A stretch of 63,140 bases of DNA, the filler included, from Choristocarpus tenellus KU-1152 (taxonomy: Eukaryota; Protista; Phaeophyceae), in assembly GCA_964200185.2 (NCBI GenBank). It is 15 parts of 15 records of this genome, joined end to end, with 100 filler letters (N's around TTAATTAATTAA, not from the genome) between each part and the next. Parts side by side here need not be neighbours in the genome. Positions count along the whole stretch, not along the records: positions 25,763 to 28,325 come from CAXNAD020026745.1; positions 28,426 to 30,936 come from CAXNAD020027191.1; positions 31,037 to 36,436 come from CAXNAD020010914.1; positions 36,537 to 39,345 come from CAXNAD020024565.1; positions 39,446 to 43,905 come from CAXNAD020014440.1; 10 more parts are not named here. One strand, 5' to 3'. Positions 27,586 to 40,790 of the stretch are shown here, piece by piece (position 1 is the stretch's first letter; each line of letters starts with the position of its first letter). Made by a program: the position numbers and the translations under genes. Below the pieces are notes generated by a model. It was not told where the DNA came from. It made no database searches and saw only the letters and a program-made list of their open reading frames with translations.

Positions 27586-28075
27586 ATGACAATTGTTACT
27601 TCTAATGGGGTTGTTCTGATATTGAATTGGCTTTTCATTGGCTTCTTCTGTGATACATCCGCAAAATATCAGAGGGAAAGGGCCTTCTCCTGGAGTTGGT
27701 CTTCGCAGAGGTCCAAGCAGACAGTCACATACAAGACTCGTCGTCAAACAATGATGCTGCTGTTGTTACAGCTGAGCCACGGAAGTGCATCCACTAGATT
27801 CAAGGGATTTTTGACCCTCCTAGTTCCAACCTCAATACCTTCATGGTGGAATCTTTGGGCATTTCAACTCCAAAATTGTAAAAGCAGAGCAATTCCTGGA
27901 TGAGCGGCCGACCCATGTAGTGGATGGCAAGGGAGGCTGAGGGTTCAGCAGAAAGGGAACGGTGAAGGGGCGCCTGTGGCAGATTGTGTTAAATCACAGC
28001 ATAACAACTGGCGATTTCATGGCATGCCATACACTTCAAGCTGGAGACACCAGGTTGGTGGGTAAGGCAAGACTT
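27586..28075 (+). mobile_element. Longer, more decayed 3' fragment of the same RLE LINE family, copy 2
   Basis: Frameshifted pieces FAEVQADSH..., AEPRK, LNTFMVES and THVVDGKGG..SRKGTVKGRLWQIV; shares AAGCTGGAGACACC with copy 1. Confidence 0.65.
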
Positions 28076-28995
28076 TACAGATTCATCGGACCCTTTCCTC
28101 GTTTCTAGACCACCTTTCGTAGTGCTAACCTATGAGAACTTCCAACTGTGTCGTCGTATGTTTCTTGTTTGCTTTCGGATAAAATGGAGTTACCAGTATC
28201 TGGATTCCTATAGTGTGGACGGATTTTTTCTTTCAAATTTATTGCAATCAGTCATGGTTGATGTTTTATTGAAGATAATCCTTGTACTTCAGATAGTTGA
28301 AGATATCGTCAGACCCCCCCAACCCNNNNNNNNNNNNNNNNNNNNNNNNNNNNNNNNNNNNNNNNNNNNTTAATTAATTAANNNNNNNNNNNNNNNNNNN
28401 NNNNNNNNNNNNNNNNNNNNNNNNNCGTAGGAGGGCAGGGGAGCACAGCGCATCATCAGTTAATCGACTGTTCACTAGGCCTGCGGTATCTGTAGGCACA
28501 TCGTGTAAGGATGTACTCGTCCTCGGGTATCTAATCTACGGCAGGTCCACTCAACACGACGGTAAATCAAGTGGTGTGTGCGGAACCAGCATCTATTCAG
28601 TCTTGCGATAGTTTGCCACGACCCACAATACGTACCTCCTCCAAGATTGATAGGAGTGAAGAACACCTCCGCAAACTGGCCTTCGACGTGTGCGGCCATG
28701 ATCTTCTGGCGCTCGGAGTAGCCCCTGATAAGAAGGACATGAACCAAAGAAACGTGTAAACAAAGGTTCCACGGTGTGTCGTCATCATGATGAACAGAAT
28801 AGGTAGTGGAATTACGTGCGTCTGTTTTGGCGGTTATTTCTTAGGACTTTGCACTCATTCGTAGAATAAAACAGGGTCGTCTATTCTGTTCCATGTGCGG
28901 CTGCAAACTTGTTGTCAGAGAGAGAGCAAATACAATGATCTAAATAAATCTGAAATGAGCATCATTCTGTTCAGGCCTCGCTGCCGTTTGCAGAA

Positions 28996-29265
28996 GAGTG
29001 AAAGTATCTTAGAGGGTACGAATTTTGTCCTGTTTGTCCATGTGGGGCTTGGCTTCCCATGGGTTTTTATTGACATTTTTTATCTACTCCAAAATGTTTC
29101 GAAGTAGGTAAAATGTATACATCATGAAAAGGAGTGTCCAGACAAGGATATTGAAATCTCCTAACAAATATATAGTCAAAATTACATCAAAATTACATCA
29201 AAATTGCATCATCGGATTTTGGTCCCCAAATGAACGCGACTGTACCCTCTAAGATACTTTGGCTC
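28996..29265 (-). mobile_element. MITE family A copy 6
   Basis: Inverted copy, 4-bp TSD AGAA, internal CAAAATTACAT expansion. Confidence 0.92.
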
Positions 29266-29943
29266 AGAAGCGGCAAAGTAGGCGAATCTACCATCATCAT
29301 CATCATCATCGCGAAGCGCTTTAGACATTCAAAGAACACACTTTTGCTACCAATGTCAGACTGGGCCCGGGACCACAGAGTAGGTGTACACGGTGTTGAA
29401 ATAACAGTTATTGTGTCTTCCTTCGTAAAAGCGACGAAGAGTATCATCATCAACATTGTAGTCTCGACATAGCAAACGAAAAAAATAGCCCTTGGTACGA
29501 ATCTTCACATGTTCTTTGAACCATAACATCAGACCAGTTACAGTAAAAAACATCCACCACTCGAAATACTACTTCGATCCACCTCTTCTACGTACTGCTG
29601 GGTCACACGATTTGCAACTAACTCCAACACAGGGTGCGGCCAACCTCTCCACAACCAAGGGCAAAACCTACCTGTTTGTTCGCGGCGGAGATCACAATTG
29701 TGGACTTGTGAGGCATGAACTGCCCGTATGTATCAGCCCAGTAGTCTATCTAGGACATCACCAGGGCTCGCTTCGGAACCATGTCCTTATCTTTGCTCGT
29801 GCCGTTCCTGTTGTAGTAGCGCACGTATGTATATAAATAGATGGGAGATGTGTTGGAGGTGGATACAAGGGGCGGGAGATAGAATCCTAGAGAGATTGTA
29901 TGCCAGCAGCGGATCTCTAATTCTGTATATATTTACACGTGGT

Positions 29944-30202
29944 GAGTCAAAGTATCTTAGAGGGTAGGGCCGCATCCATTTGGGGGCCAAAATCCAATGT
30001 TGCGATTTCCATGTAATTTTATCCGTCGTATTTGGTAGGAAGTGTCAGTATCCTTGTTCCGGACACACTATTTCATAACATACACATATTACCTACTCCG
30101 AAACATTTTGGAGTAGGCAAAATATCATGAAAACCCCATGGGAAGCCAAGCCCCAAATGGACAAACAGGGCAAAACTCGTACCCTCTAAGATACTTTCAC
30201 TC
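29944..30202 (+). mobile_element. MITE family A copy 7
   Basis: Near-perfect TIRs, 4-bp TSD TGGT; lies in a predicted intron of the Sola-like pseudogene. Confidence 0.93.
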
Positions 30203-31381
30203 TGGTAACTGCTGCAGCAGCACGGGGACGGCCGGATGAGATGATATTGTTGAAGCATAAAAAAACATATCGCGCGTGTATATGCACACATAGGTGACAC
30301 ATAACTCCACGCTGGAGGGATCTCTAACTTTGAATATCAGACATCTAGGCGTGGTAACTGCAAGGTGAATGTGATGAGTACAGTCGGATTACATTGTTCT
30401 GAGATAGGACTACTGTTCAATCATCAAGCAGGGGGGAAAATATACCGGGTACAAAAAACACTGTGCACATACATCAAACCCACCCTTCCACACCGGTGGA
30501 TGCTCTTGCATTTGGTGTGCCTTTGCAAGCATCGATGACATGATTGGACATTTCGAACGATACCTTAAAAAACTGCGTAAAGATGGGAATGCCGGCCGCG
30601 AGCATAGATCCGCCTCCAGGTCCTAACTTAATCACAGGTACACGGTCGCCAACGAAGTGCTTGCGATCACGGCGGTTCTCACATGCCTGGATGATGTCCT
30701 GCTCTTTGGCCAACATGCGTGCAACGAAGGACTCGCTATCTGCCGCGAACTTCTTCACACAGGCTAAGCGCTTGCAGCAGTCACCCTGTTCGTTGACCAG
30801 GATGGGTTCAGCCCATCCTCGGCGAAGCTTGGCGCCGGTAGCCGAAGCGTCATTGCTAGAAAGCTCCAGTGCATCATTGTTGGCGGGCTGGTAAGGGGGC
30901 AACACAGGGGGAGACGCAGGCGACAAAAGCCAAGATNNNNNNNNNNNNNNNNNNNNNNNNNNNNNNNNNNNNNNNNNNNNTTAATTAATTAANNNNNNNN
31001 NNNNNNNNNNNNNNNNNNNNNNNNNNNNNNNNNNNNTTTTTTAAGACCGTTTTCGCAAAACAACGTTCCTCATAGTCCCGCTCCTGCCTCAATTTTGCGA
31101 ATCCCCTGTTCTTAACGTCTTCGAAACGTCCACTCCATCCCCTTTCTGATGACAGAGTTTAGGACAACTATGATATCAATACGATTTTCGATTTTCGGGA
31201 CGTTACCAATATCAGTATTGATCCGATATATTAACCTCGGTTGATTGTACTTGAAGGAATAAATTTCTAATATTAATATTTTGAAATTGGTGTGTAGGGT
31301 AATGTGTTCAACATTATACAGTCCAACCAATTCATAGGTACATATTCCCCCACATCGATATCTAAACACGACACCTCCACT

Positions 31382-32767
31382 ATGTCTAAGTTCCCCGCAC
31401 CTGGTACATATTCAGTGCAGAAGACAGAAGACGAATGGCGTACTCAGCTTTCTGCAGACGAATTTCATGTACTGCGATCGAAGGTACCAAGGTTGAATGC
31501 GAAGTAATGCCAATCTTGAAACTACTTCTGACTGTATCTATACCTGACAATCATTTCATTTGATGTTGTCATTTGCTTACAGGGCACAGAACGTGCTTCT
31601 ACTGGCGAGTACGATAAATTCTATCCCTCAAAGGGAGAGGGCTACTTTGTCTGCAGGGCTTGCGGAAATCCACTCTACAGCGCGGAGGCCAAGTTTAACA
31701 GGTGGTCCCCGGCTCACTAAATCGCTCGCTCATTTTTTTGCTACCCTCCCTAGCAAGAAACCATGATGTTTTTCTTATGCGCCGAAGTCGGTGAAAGTCA
31801 TTGCACATTTCCAGGTACCTCTGAAGTATATTCTTGAACCTTCCCCTCTACCTACTTTGTTATCTCTCCATCTCCCCCCCATCCTCATATTTGTAGCGGC
31901 TGTGGCTGGCCAGCTTTCGATAAGTGCTTCAGGGGCGCAGTGGTGACGGAGACGGACAACGCATATGGAATGCGAAGGATCGAGATCATGTGTGGGAGAT
32001 GCGGTGGTCACCTCGGACACGTGGTGAGTACGATATGAATTCAAGTTGGTATTCCTTCTCCAGTACAACATGTCGGTGTGCTACTATTTATAGCCTAGGA
32101 TATCCCACCACGACCCTGTGCAGACAGTAGAGACCACGTCGATGTCGAGAATGGGCTCGGGTACCTTGCTTTCCACTGGGGTGAACCTAAACAGATAGAT
32201 TCTACACTCTCAATCTCTGTCGCATTTACATGCCTCCACCCACTGTTCAACGCTGTCATGCACTCTCACAAACTTATAAGCGCACACATGCAGACAAACT
32301 TGATAGTGTTAATTAGCGGTTTGTTGGTCACATTCGGATGTGTTGTTCCAAGGAGTGAATGACTGCTAAATGTCAAGGCAAACTTGAAGATAGTGCCGTA
32401 CAAAACACTGTGTTACACACTCCTTAGCGGGTTACGACTTCCATGGCCACCGTCCTACTGTCTAAATGAACCAACACCTTTTGTCGGATCTAAGAGTGCA
32501 GTAAGTGGAATTGCATTAGCCGATTGGATGGTATCGCTGCACTGTGTGTCTAGTTCTTTAGTCAAACCTCTCTATTGTATTGTATTTGTTCACTGTTTGA
32601 TCTATTGGACTCCTAACTGTCCCTTGCTCCCTCCTCCACCACACTACAAACAGTTTGAGGGTGAACGAATGACACATACAAACGAGAGGCACTGTGTTAA
32701 CTCAATCAGTGTCAAGTTCAAAATAGGAGACATCCCAGAAGGTTTGGAAGAGGACAAGGTAGTATAG
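31382..32767 (+). CDS. msrB: Peptide methionine-(R)-sulfoxide reductase B, complete 4-exon gene (31382-31483, 31583-31701, 31897-32023, 32654-32767)
   Basis: GT-AG introns with compatible phases. The spliced protein has EWRTQLS..EFHVLR, GTER, the CRAC and CGRC zinc pairs, [18 protein letters not shown] and the catalytic RHCVNS. Confidence 0.96.
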
Positions 32768-33905
32768 TACTGTGTGTGTGAGGGATGGTGGGTAGAAGAG
32801 ACCAATGTTAAACAGTGTATTTGAATTCCATTTTTTTTCTTCAGATGTCGACAAGGTGCTGAGTCAATCCTCTACACTATGTACTTGTAGAAGGGACAAG
32901 CCCTGACCTCTACACGTATTTTATTATGGTAGTGGGGATGGTTTAGTGGGAGGCATTTTTTTTCTTGTTTGAGGAAAATATGCCTTCCTCTTGCTGAAGT
33001 TTTGTTCAATGTGGCAATGTTGAATCCACTCTGAGTTGAAGTACCTGTGTCCCCTGTATAGATAGGTGGGTCATTATGGTGTGTTAAGATGTTAATTACA
33101 CGTTGCATATATAATAATATGAACATATTAGGTTAAATATGTGCATGGAAGTTGAGTATATTCTGCAGGTATTTTTCACACACGTCCTCTCTTTTGACTG
33201 GTGTGCTGTATAGATGTGTATGGCACACCATTTTAAGAACTGAGCTCAACTTTTTTTATTGCCAACCAGCAGAGCATTAACATCAATGAAAGAGAGGTTT
33301 CAAATTTGACTTTTTTGTGGACACAATTAAATTGCACAACAGGAGACACAATAGTTTCGAAAGGTTGGGGGGGGGGGGGGGCTCCAACCTCACTGCATGC
33401 TAAGGCTGGTTCTTCACTTGTCTTTTTCTTTATGAGCCAAATTGTGGTTGTGGTTGAAGGATTGATTTTCTTTGTTTGGGTCTTCGTTACCAGAGCACTG
33501 GAGGCACATGAGGAGTAGTGTACATTTGAGTCCAACAAGAAATGTAAGAACAATATGTACTTGTTACTCTGAATATGTATGCGGAAAATTCCTTACCACT
33601 GCCAAACAAGGTTTATTTCTGTTGTGGAGTGGTAAGACATCCTGACATTTTACACCAACATTGTAAGAATAAATTGGACGTGTGCTATTATCGAATTTTT
33701 GCACAGTTGAGACTCAACTGTAGCCTGATCAAACAACTGATGATCTCGATATTTTGGTTCCCTTTTGACTGTAGACTACAAAATTAGTGTGAAACAGTTT
33801 TTACAATGAAAAGACCCAAAGCATCTGGGGGGGGGGGGGGGGGTAAAAAAGAGAGTCCATGTGGCCCAAANNNNNNNNNNGGTGAAACTTTTTTTACACG
33901 GAAAA

Positions 33906-34083
33906 GACCCAAAGCCTCCGGGGGGGGGGGGGGTCTACAACAGAGTGTCCATTTGGACCAAAACCAGGAAAATGCCCTTCCATTATCCATCCAACGTATG
34001 TAACCAAATCACCCAAAAATCGCGACATGAAAAAATTGGCTCCAAATGTACAACCACCACCACCCCCTCAGATACTTTGAGCC
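33906..34083 (-). mobile_element. MITE family B copy, followed by a second B-type end (to 34130)
   Basis: Reverse homolog of 23166-23335; extra CCCCAGATACTTTGACCC at ~34110-34130; no TSD seen. Confidence 0.82.
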
Positions 34084-36899
34084 AGCGTCAAAAACGGATG
34101 CCGGCATTCCCCCCCCAGATACTTTGACCCAAATAAAAACCAGTAAGATTGATACTCCTACACACTATGCACTTCTACAATCAGCATCTAGTTGACCTAG
34201 GCAAGAGAGGGCCGCCTGTGAATTGAAACCATGTATGACAGTGAGTTAAAATCTCCTCGAAAAACTTAAACATACTCGGATATAATCAAATCGTGCTCAA
34301 ATCTCACGGGTTGAGGCGCGCAAGTGACTTGAATCAAAATGACATTTTGATTTTCAGTGTAGGCATCACCAGTACTAGAAGTATTGAGGGCTTTCAAATG
34401 TTAATATGCAACATGATGTTTCGTGCATGTCACTACCCATATATCTCAGTCTCTTTTCGGAAGTCTGCTGTACAACAGCAATAGTACCAATCATCAAGTT
34501 ACTCGAGAACCTGACAAGGCAATCTTGCATCCATTGATACGATCAACTATAGGCTAACCCTAACCCTAAAACCAATGCAAAAAATAGCACATTAGAAAAA
34601 TAATTTTCGTGTCATTATCATGGGCTTATCATGACATGAAGAGACCGTTGGGTATATACTGACACTGACAATCTGATGTTGTACTGGTTCCCACTGGCAT
34701 GCCCTTCTATACAGAGCTTCTCTTTTCACCCTATATATAGCTTTTTATTCAGAATCTCTGTGAATAGTGAAAGTATCAAAAATATGTGGGGACCCCGAGC
34801 AGAACTCTGTCATAGGACCTACTGCCTGTACAAGTTGTAATCGATGCTACATTTTGAACTGGCATTATCACATCCACTGCAAATTTTCCTCCAAAAGCCT
34901 TCCAACCAATCACACTACTACCACCATAGCAACATACAGCAGTCAGCGGTGATAATGACCAAAACTTGGAAACAGATGACAAGCAAGGTACTTGGTGAAA
35001 CAGTGGAGATTGGTACGCACAAACTTGAAACTGTGACATTAGACCTTGTGCTTGATGAACCTTCCAGCACAGTGTGCGCAATGATCCAAGGTGCAAGGAT
35101 GTGCTGCTCAGAATATCTCCAGCACATTCACCACAGTATTAACAATTGATGGAGGCTCCCATGAACACCAAGGACACTCACACAGAAGTACCTCATTGCT
35201 CCTCAGCCCCCTCTCTCCTGGACCCCCACCATTCCATCCATTCTCAAAAGCCTGCAAATAAGTATAGCGTAGTCTTCCTTCATCTTCACAATTGAGTCAT
35301 AGTAACCATGGCCTCTTGGCTTGCGCTCTTGATGAAAAATCCACGTATCTGAGCACACCCCAAAAGGCCGAGGGACCTTTACCATGGAGCCAATTCGACA
35401 TCACTGAGTTAACTGGACTCTGATATTACAACAGGGCGTCAGAAGAGAGCTACATATAACAACACTATAGGTACAATACTCCCCAATTATAGCAGTTTAT
35501 ATACCCTTTGAGAAACAAACCTTCTGGATCCATCATTTCCATGACCAGCAGATGCAATGGAAACATAACAAAAAGGCAAACGGAGGATTTAACTAGTGTA
35601 TGCATCACCATGTAGTACATACTGTTGACTTACCACCACACTTGCCATTCTGTTTCCACAATGGAAGGAATTATGATGAACCTGCACCAAGAAAGTGTTT
35701 CATGCAGAGCACAGTAGTTAAATTAACACTGATGCTCATGCCATACAGCCAGGCTGGCAACACAGAAACCACAGACAAAGACACAAACAGATGATTGCTG
35801 ACCAGGAGAAAAAAATGAAATCGAGAAGATCTGATCCAATCAATTTCCACCCGGAAGCCCTGTACATCCAATCACAATGAAATAGGGTGGCTAATAATAT
35901 GTAACGGCAAAACAATCATTTAAAACAAGTCAAGTTAAGTCAAGTCAAGTCCAGTCAAGCCACCCTATTCCTTGATCTTGGGTCGTTCAGCTCTTGAGTA
36001 CGCCCACCACTGGGTACTTCTTCTCAAGCTTAGCAACCCAGTCATCAAGTACCTCCATCTCCTGCACTGTGAGGACACTTGTGTCAGGGTTGTCCAGCGT
36101 CTCTGGTGCAAACGACATCTATAAGCAAAGGGAGGGACCATCGGTAAGCATGGGGGGATAGAAAATGGAGGGGCAGGGAGCGAATGACTTGCACTGTACA
36201 CCTCTGGGTGAGTTTCGTAGCCCACAGTAGTAGTGGTTGGGTTATAGAAAAGCTGCTCTCATGTGTGGAGGAGTGTGTACTCATGCCCTATCTAGCATCA
36301 TGCCATCTTGGGACCAAATAAAATAAAGCGAAATTCTTACAATGCATGTGAGAATGATCTAAGTGCTCGCTCACCAGGCTATCTACCGGGGTCGTTGCAT
36401 GCAATGCCGTGCGTTAGGCAGGTTTTCTCGCCTGTGNNNNNNNNNNNNNNNNNNNNNNNNNNNNNNNNNNNNNNNNNNNNTTAATTAATTAANNNNNNNN
36501 NNNNNNNNNNNNNNNNNNNNNNNNNNNNNNNNNNNNGTGAAAACCTAAGGTTCAATATATTGTGTTAAAGTATCCCCAAAATCATAAAGAGGATAAAGGT
36601 GATAAACCCAGCCGGATTGCATGATGTCTGTAGAGTGATTGAATATAGTTAGGTGGGGCATGCAATGCCCCATAAAATCAGAAATATTCCCTTTTATATG
36701 AGAAAAATCCTCATTCAACTAATCACTAGTAAAAGGTTCTGTTAACTCAACCACTAATTGATTGTTCTGTTACTCCATACATATTTTACCGTAACTGTCT
36801 GATAGAGTTGGAAGAGTCTAATCGAACAACTCGCGTGCATTTCTGGTTATCTGGTCCAGGCAATGCAATGCTCATGATAAACCCCTTCATCACACACCA

Positions 36900-38900
36900 T
36901 TTTTTCCTGAAAGATGTTGTGGACTTCGACCAAAGTGTTGTTGGAAAGTCACTCAACCTGAGAGTACAATGAAACAAGAAGTGGTTCTTGATTTTTTCTG
37001 AAGTTATCCTAGCCTAATTAGTTGGCCGTTTCATGGTTTTATCTTATTAACAGTGATTCAGAAGAACAATTTTTCAAGGTAGGATCTTGATCGTGCACAT
37101 CAAGACATAGATGGAGTTTTTGGAAAAGAGTAGTATTGCAAGATTGGCAGAAAGATGGTGAGAAATACCTGTAGAGGTAGGTAGAACGTATTATCATTGG
37201 GTTATAGCAATACAGGAAACTGGGCCATTTATCTCCTATTTGAATCCGTTTTAGAAATTTAATACAAGTATGATGACACCCTTTTGACAAGTTACGGGGA
37301 GAATTCTTGTTCCCAAGAATTATAAGTTCCAAATCTTGTGTTCTGAATGATCGCTCTGAGTTTCACAATGAGTTTCTTTTGTAGTAGTTACATTCGGCTA
37401 GATCAGTTGGCGCTCTCAAGCGTGAGGGTTGACATTGTGGTCTGATCAATGCATTCTTGTTGGTGTAGTTCATGCAGGATAATAGTGTAGATTTTAGAAT
37501 AATTTGTTCATAGAAATAGGTCCCTTGCTCTCTTAGTTTGGTACTCTCTATGTAATTGATTTAAAGAGATCCATCCACTGACTTTTGATTTCAAGCTGAT
37601 AAACGCGGCTTTGTTGAAAGAAGCTGAGAGCTTGTATCAAGTCTTGTAGCTGTTGTCAACTAGTTTGTAACTTTAGCAGTGCATTACAGCATATAAATAT
37701 ATATATGATGAGGTATCACAGAAGTGGTCAGGATCAGTTCGTAGTCAAACATAGTGCTATTCTGTTTCAAAGAATATACATCCACAGGAGTAGGATAGAA
37801 AATAGATGAAGCACAATAGAACACCATCCACGATTTCCTTATTTGCCTTGCTCCATTGCCCTCATGTCAAACTTAGTACTTCATCCATAGAAATATAGGT
37901 AAATTGCAAAAGATTGGAAAATTGACTTCTAATGCAGAATGGCCGAAACCTGGCTACTTCTCGTTCACTTTGATTCGGTTTCCCCTCTCCTTGTTTAGGT
38001 GGAGTAGCACCGTCTACTCCTCTGCCGGGGGTCATCAGCCTGATCTGCTATGCGTAATTAACCTCTCTGGAACATGGTCGTTGGAGAAAATGTTCACGAA
38101 TCATACAGGGCTCTCTTAGTGTTGATAAACCGCTGAAAGAGACCCTTCATCCAGTTTGTACACCTTTTGTCCAGCCCAAAGGCCTTGGCTATGAGTACAC
38201 TTGCTTATATGCTACCTGGTATAAGGCACAGTCTTGACCACTGGTGTACCTGTCCTTCGCCAGTGAAGTACCCTAGTGTCTCTTGTTTCTCAACTCTAGG
38301 TTGAACTCTGCTGAGGGCCCAATCACAACAAGGTGCCTGGACTAGGGTTGTACCTGATTTATGGTGTTGTCCTAAACTGTTCGATAAATTACTCCACGGG
38401 ATCATCCTGCCGACCTGCCTCAACGACTAACTGTCTGCCAAGTACCTGTAGCACTCTTTATCATATGCAAGGTATAGGCAACCGTTCTCTTCCTTCGATT
38501 ATCTTCCGCCTCTTTTGGAAATCCTGGCGATATACGCCAATCAGGGCCTGTGTAGTGGCTGATAGAACTACTTTGCACCTGCAAACGGTGGTGGATCGGC
38601 AAACTGGACAAGGGATGCCTTTGTGTGAGAAAGAACCTTTGTCCTTGAAGTGAACGGCATTCCAAGTGCAATAGAGATTGAGGGAAGGTTATTTAGGGAC
38701 AGCAGAAATTTCGCTAGGGTTAGTGAGCTGTAGGTTTACTCTTCCGAAGTGGGTCAGATCATTGACAGTAGAGTATGAAAGGCGTTGCCAAGCCTGCATA
38801 TCTAACTCATATAAACCACGTGACAATCACACAAGATTTAGCCCTTGGCATACTCCTATTTCGGATATCTATACTCAAGTTATCAAAGATGCGAGAGGTT
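36900..38900 (-). mobile_element. Highly degenerate Gypsy-like pol remnant
   Basis: Residual motifs in RT-RH-IN order: GMPF, ETLGYFTGEGQV, GVDGA..KQGEGKP, KWPSFLYCYN...ST...SP. Confidence 0.4.
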
Positions 38901-40539
38901 TACTGGGTACGTAGGCACCCAGGTTTACGGAGCCCACTCATATTTGTTTTTGTGAAATATATGCTGCATCTAGATTTCTTATTTTTGGGGACAGAGTTAG
39001 GGTCAGCCAAGAATATATTAGTGGGGATGCCCCAAAAAACATAGGCAACTGGGTACCCACCAAACTTCTTGTGGTAAAAATCTGTTCCTCTATTTATTCC
39101 CCTTTAATGTTTCTATTATGAAATATGGGCAACAACTTGTCGAAACAGGACCAGGAGGTAATAATCAGATGCCCATAGTAACATACATACATTAAGGATC
39201 TTTGGATCATCCATCCACACCCTCCTCTCTAATTATTGACCAAGACTGAGTAGCCTAGGGGGGACAACAAACCCCCGTACCTACCCTAGATGTCCAAACT
39301 CTGGCAGTCTATGATGGTATGATGGGGTCAAAGTATCTGGGGGGGNNNNNNNNNNNNNNNNNNNNNNNNNNNNNNNNNNNNNNNNNNNNTTAATTAATTA
39401 ANNNNNNNNNNNNNNNNNNNNNNNNNNNNNNNNNNNNNNNNNNNNCTGATAACTCAACCACTAATTGATTGTTCCATTACTCCATACATATTTTACCGTA
39501 ACTGTCCGATAGAGTTAGTTGCAAGAGTCTAATCGAACACCCCCTCCCCCAGATACTTTGGGTCTTATTGAATCTTCAGGAAACGGGAGCCATGTCCCGA
39601 TCAAATAATGGAAAAACTCAGGGGAATAACTCCAGCGCATTTTTGAAGGTCACGACTTCAAAATCAACAAAAATGAAGTGGTTGGCTGAACTCCTTCCAG
39701 AAAAATGGTTCAAGGTAGGTAGGTCCCGGTCCAAGTTTGGCTGCTGTGATTTTCCCGAAAAAAGTTTCAAGATTTCCGGACATATTTTTATGACTTTTTG
39801 TGAACACACATACACGTGACTTACACAACAACATGAATCACGACGGTGAGACAAGGAGAGCCACTGAGGCCACTCTGACCTCTGGATCTACCCTCGGCAC
39901 CTTCTCTGTCGAGAGAGGCTGAAAAAACAAGTACCGTGTGAAAGTCAGTGCGATGTTTGGTGACAAGAAAGTGCGAGTAGTGTGGCACAGCAGCATGGTC
40001 GAATCGCGAAATGGACCACACGATCGCGACACTGATGCTGAGAGAAGATGCATTGAAAGCGTTACCACCCAAACATGTTTGGATCTTTAACCATGTCGGA
40101 GCACTGCTCTGCAGTCTCTGCCACCTCGGGAAAGCAGGAAGAGAACAGCGAGTCCATCACCAGGTGCAGTATAGTGATGAAGTCTGTGGGGAAGCCTGTT
40201 CACGGCAGGCGAAGGGAGAACCAGAGTGGCCGACCGAAGGGAAGGTTGGGGAGGAGAGCAGTGCGACTATGTGCCATTGCACTCAGGAAACGCCTAAGCG
40301 AAAACCCGGGTGTAGAATATCTTAGTAGTCCTCAGTTGCAGCAGTCCCTAGTTGTTTGGAAGCTGTGCCAGCCGGAGTGGCTCAAGGAAACGAGAAAGGT
40401 GTTAGGGTTGGGCTACAAGGGCTCTGAATCCCGGAAGAAGGTAACCCATTTCCAGCGCTCAGTGAGGAAATGTGATAGTTAAGGCTCTAACACTGGGAGT
40501 CTTGTATCTGTGTATGTATGAACGATGGGAAAGATTATC

Positions 40540-40790
40540 AAACAGCGCTCGAAATGGCAGCAGGATAGGCGATGGTCAGGTCGGAAACTGTGAGTAATTG
40601 GTAGAGAGACTTCCTAACTACGGGTCACATCAAGGTGTCAGAGCAAGGGCGCGATGAGAGGCGTTTTCGTTCTGGGCCTCGACGAGGACATCCTTACCGA
40701 GGTCAAAGAGAGGGTGCGCGAACACACAGGAAGACAGGGAAGGAAGGTTTTTTCCTGTTTAAACACTATGCTTTATCAAGTAATAGTATA
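40540..40790 (+). mobile_element. Decayed transposase-like N-terminal/HTH fragment
   Basis: ETVSNW*RDFLTTGHIKVSEQGR [frameshift] LDEDILTEVKERVREHTGRQGRK; resembles IS630/Tc1-related eukaryotic transposases (recall). Confidence 0.4.

Larger units (their letters stand above)
28636..30936 (-). pseudogene. Intron-containing Sola-like DDE transposase remnant (N-terminal half), interrupted by two MITEs
   Basis: Exon 30936-30484 (CCKRLACVKKF...PIFTQFFKVSFEMS) splices in phase 2 to exon 29807-29672 (KRALVMS*IDYWADTYGQFMPHKSTIVISAANKQ, TAG at 29752-29750). A degenerate W..HVKIR segment (~29500-29530) and exon 28724-28636 follow. Motif order resembles Sola-type transposases (recall). Confidence 0.55.

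Noticed and set aside
32654-32767. Selenoprotein MsrB
   Set aside because: The catalytic codon is TGT (RHCVNS) and the spliced CDS has no in-frame TGA.
5120-32767. Psb27, MsrB and SUMO protease as a functional gene cluster
   Set aside because: They lie on different contigs joined artificially; there is no evidence of linkage.
33789-33960. Tandem duplication of a MITE end across the 10-N gap (similar pattern at 61957)
   Set aside because: Looks like unmerged, error-rich overlapping contig ends around a homopolymer.
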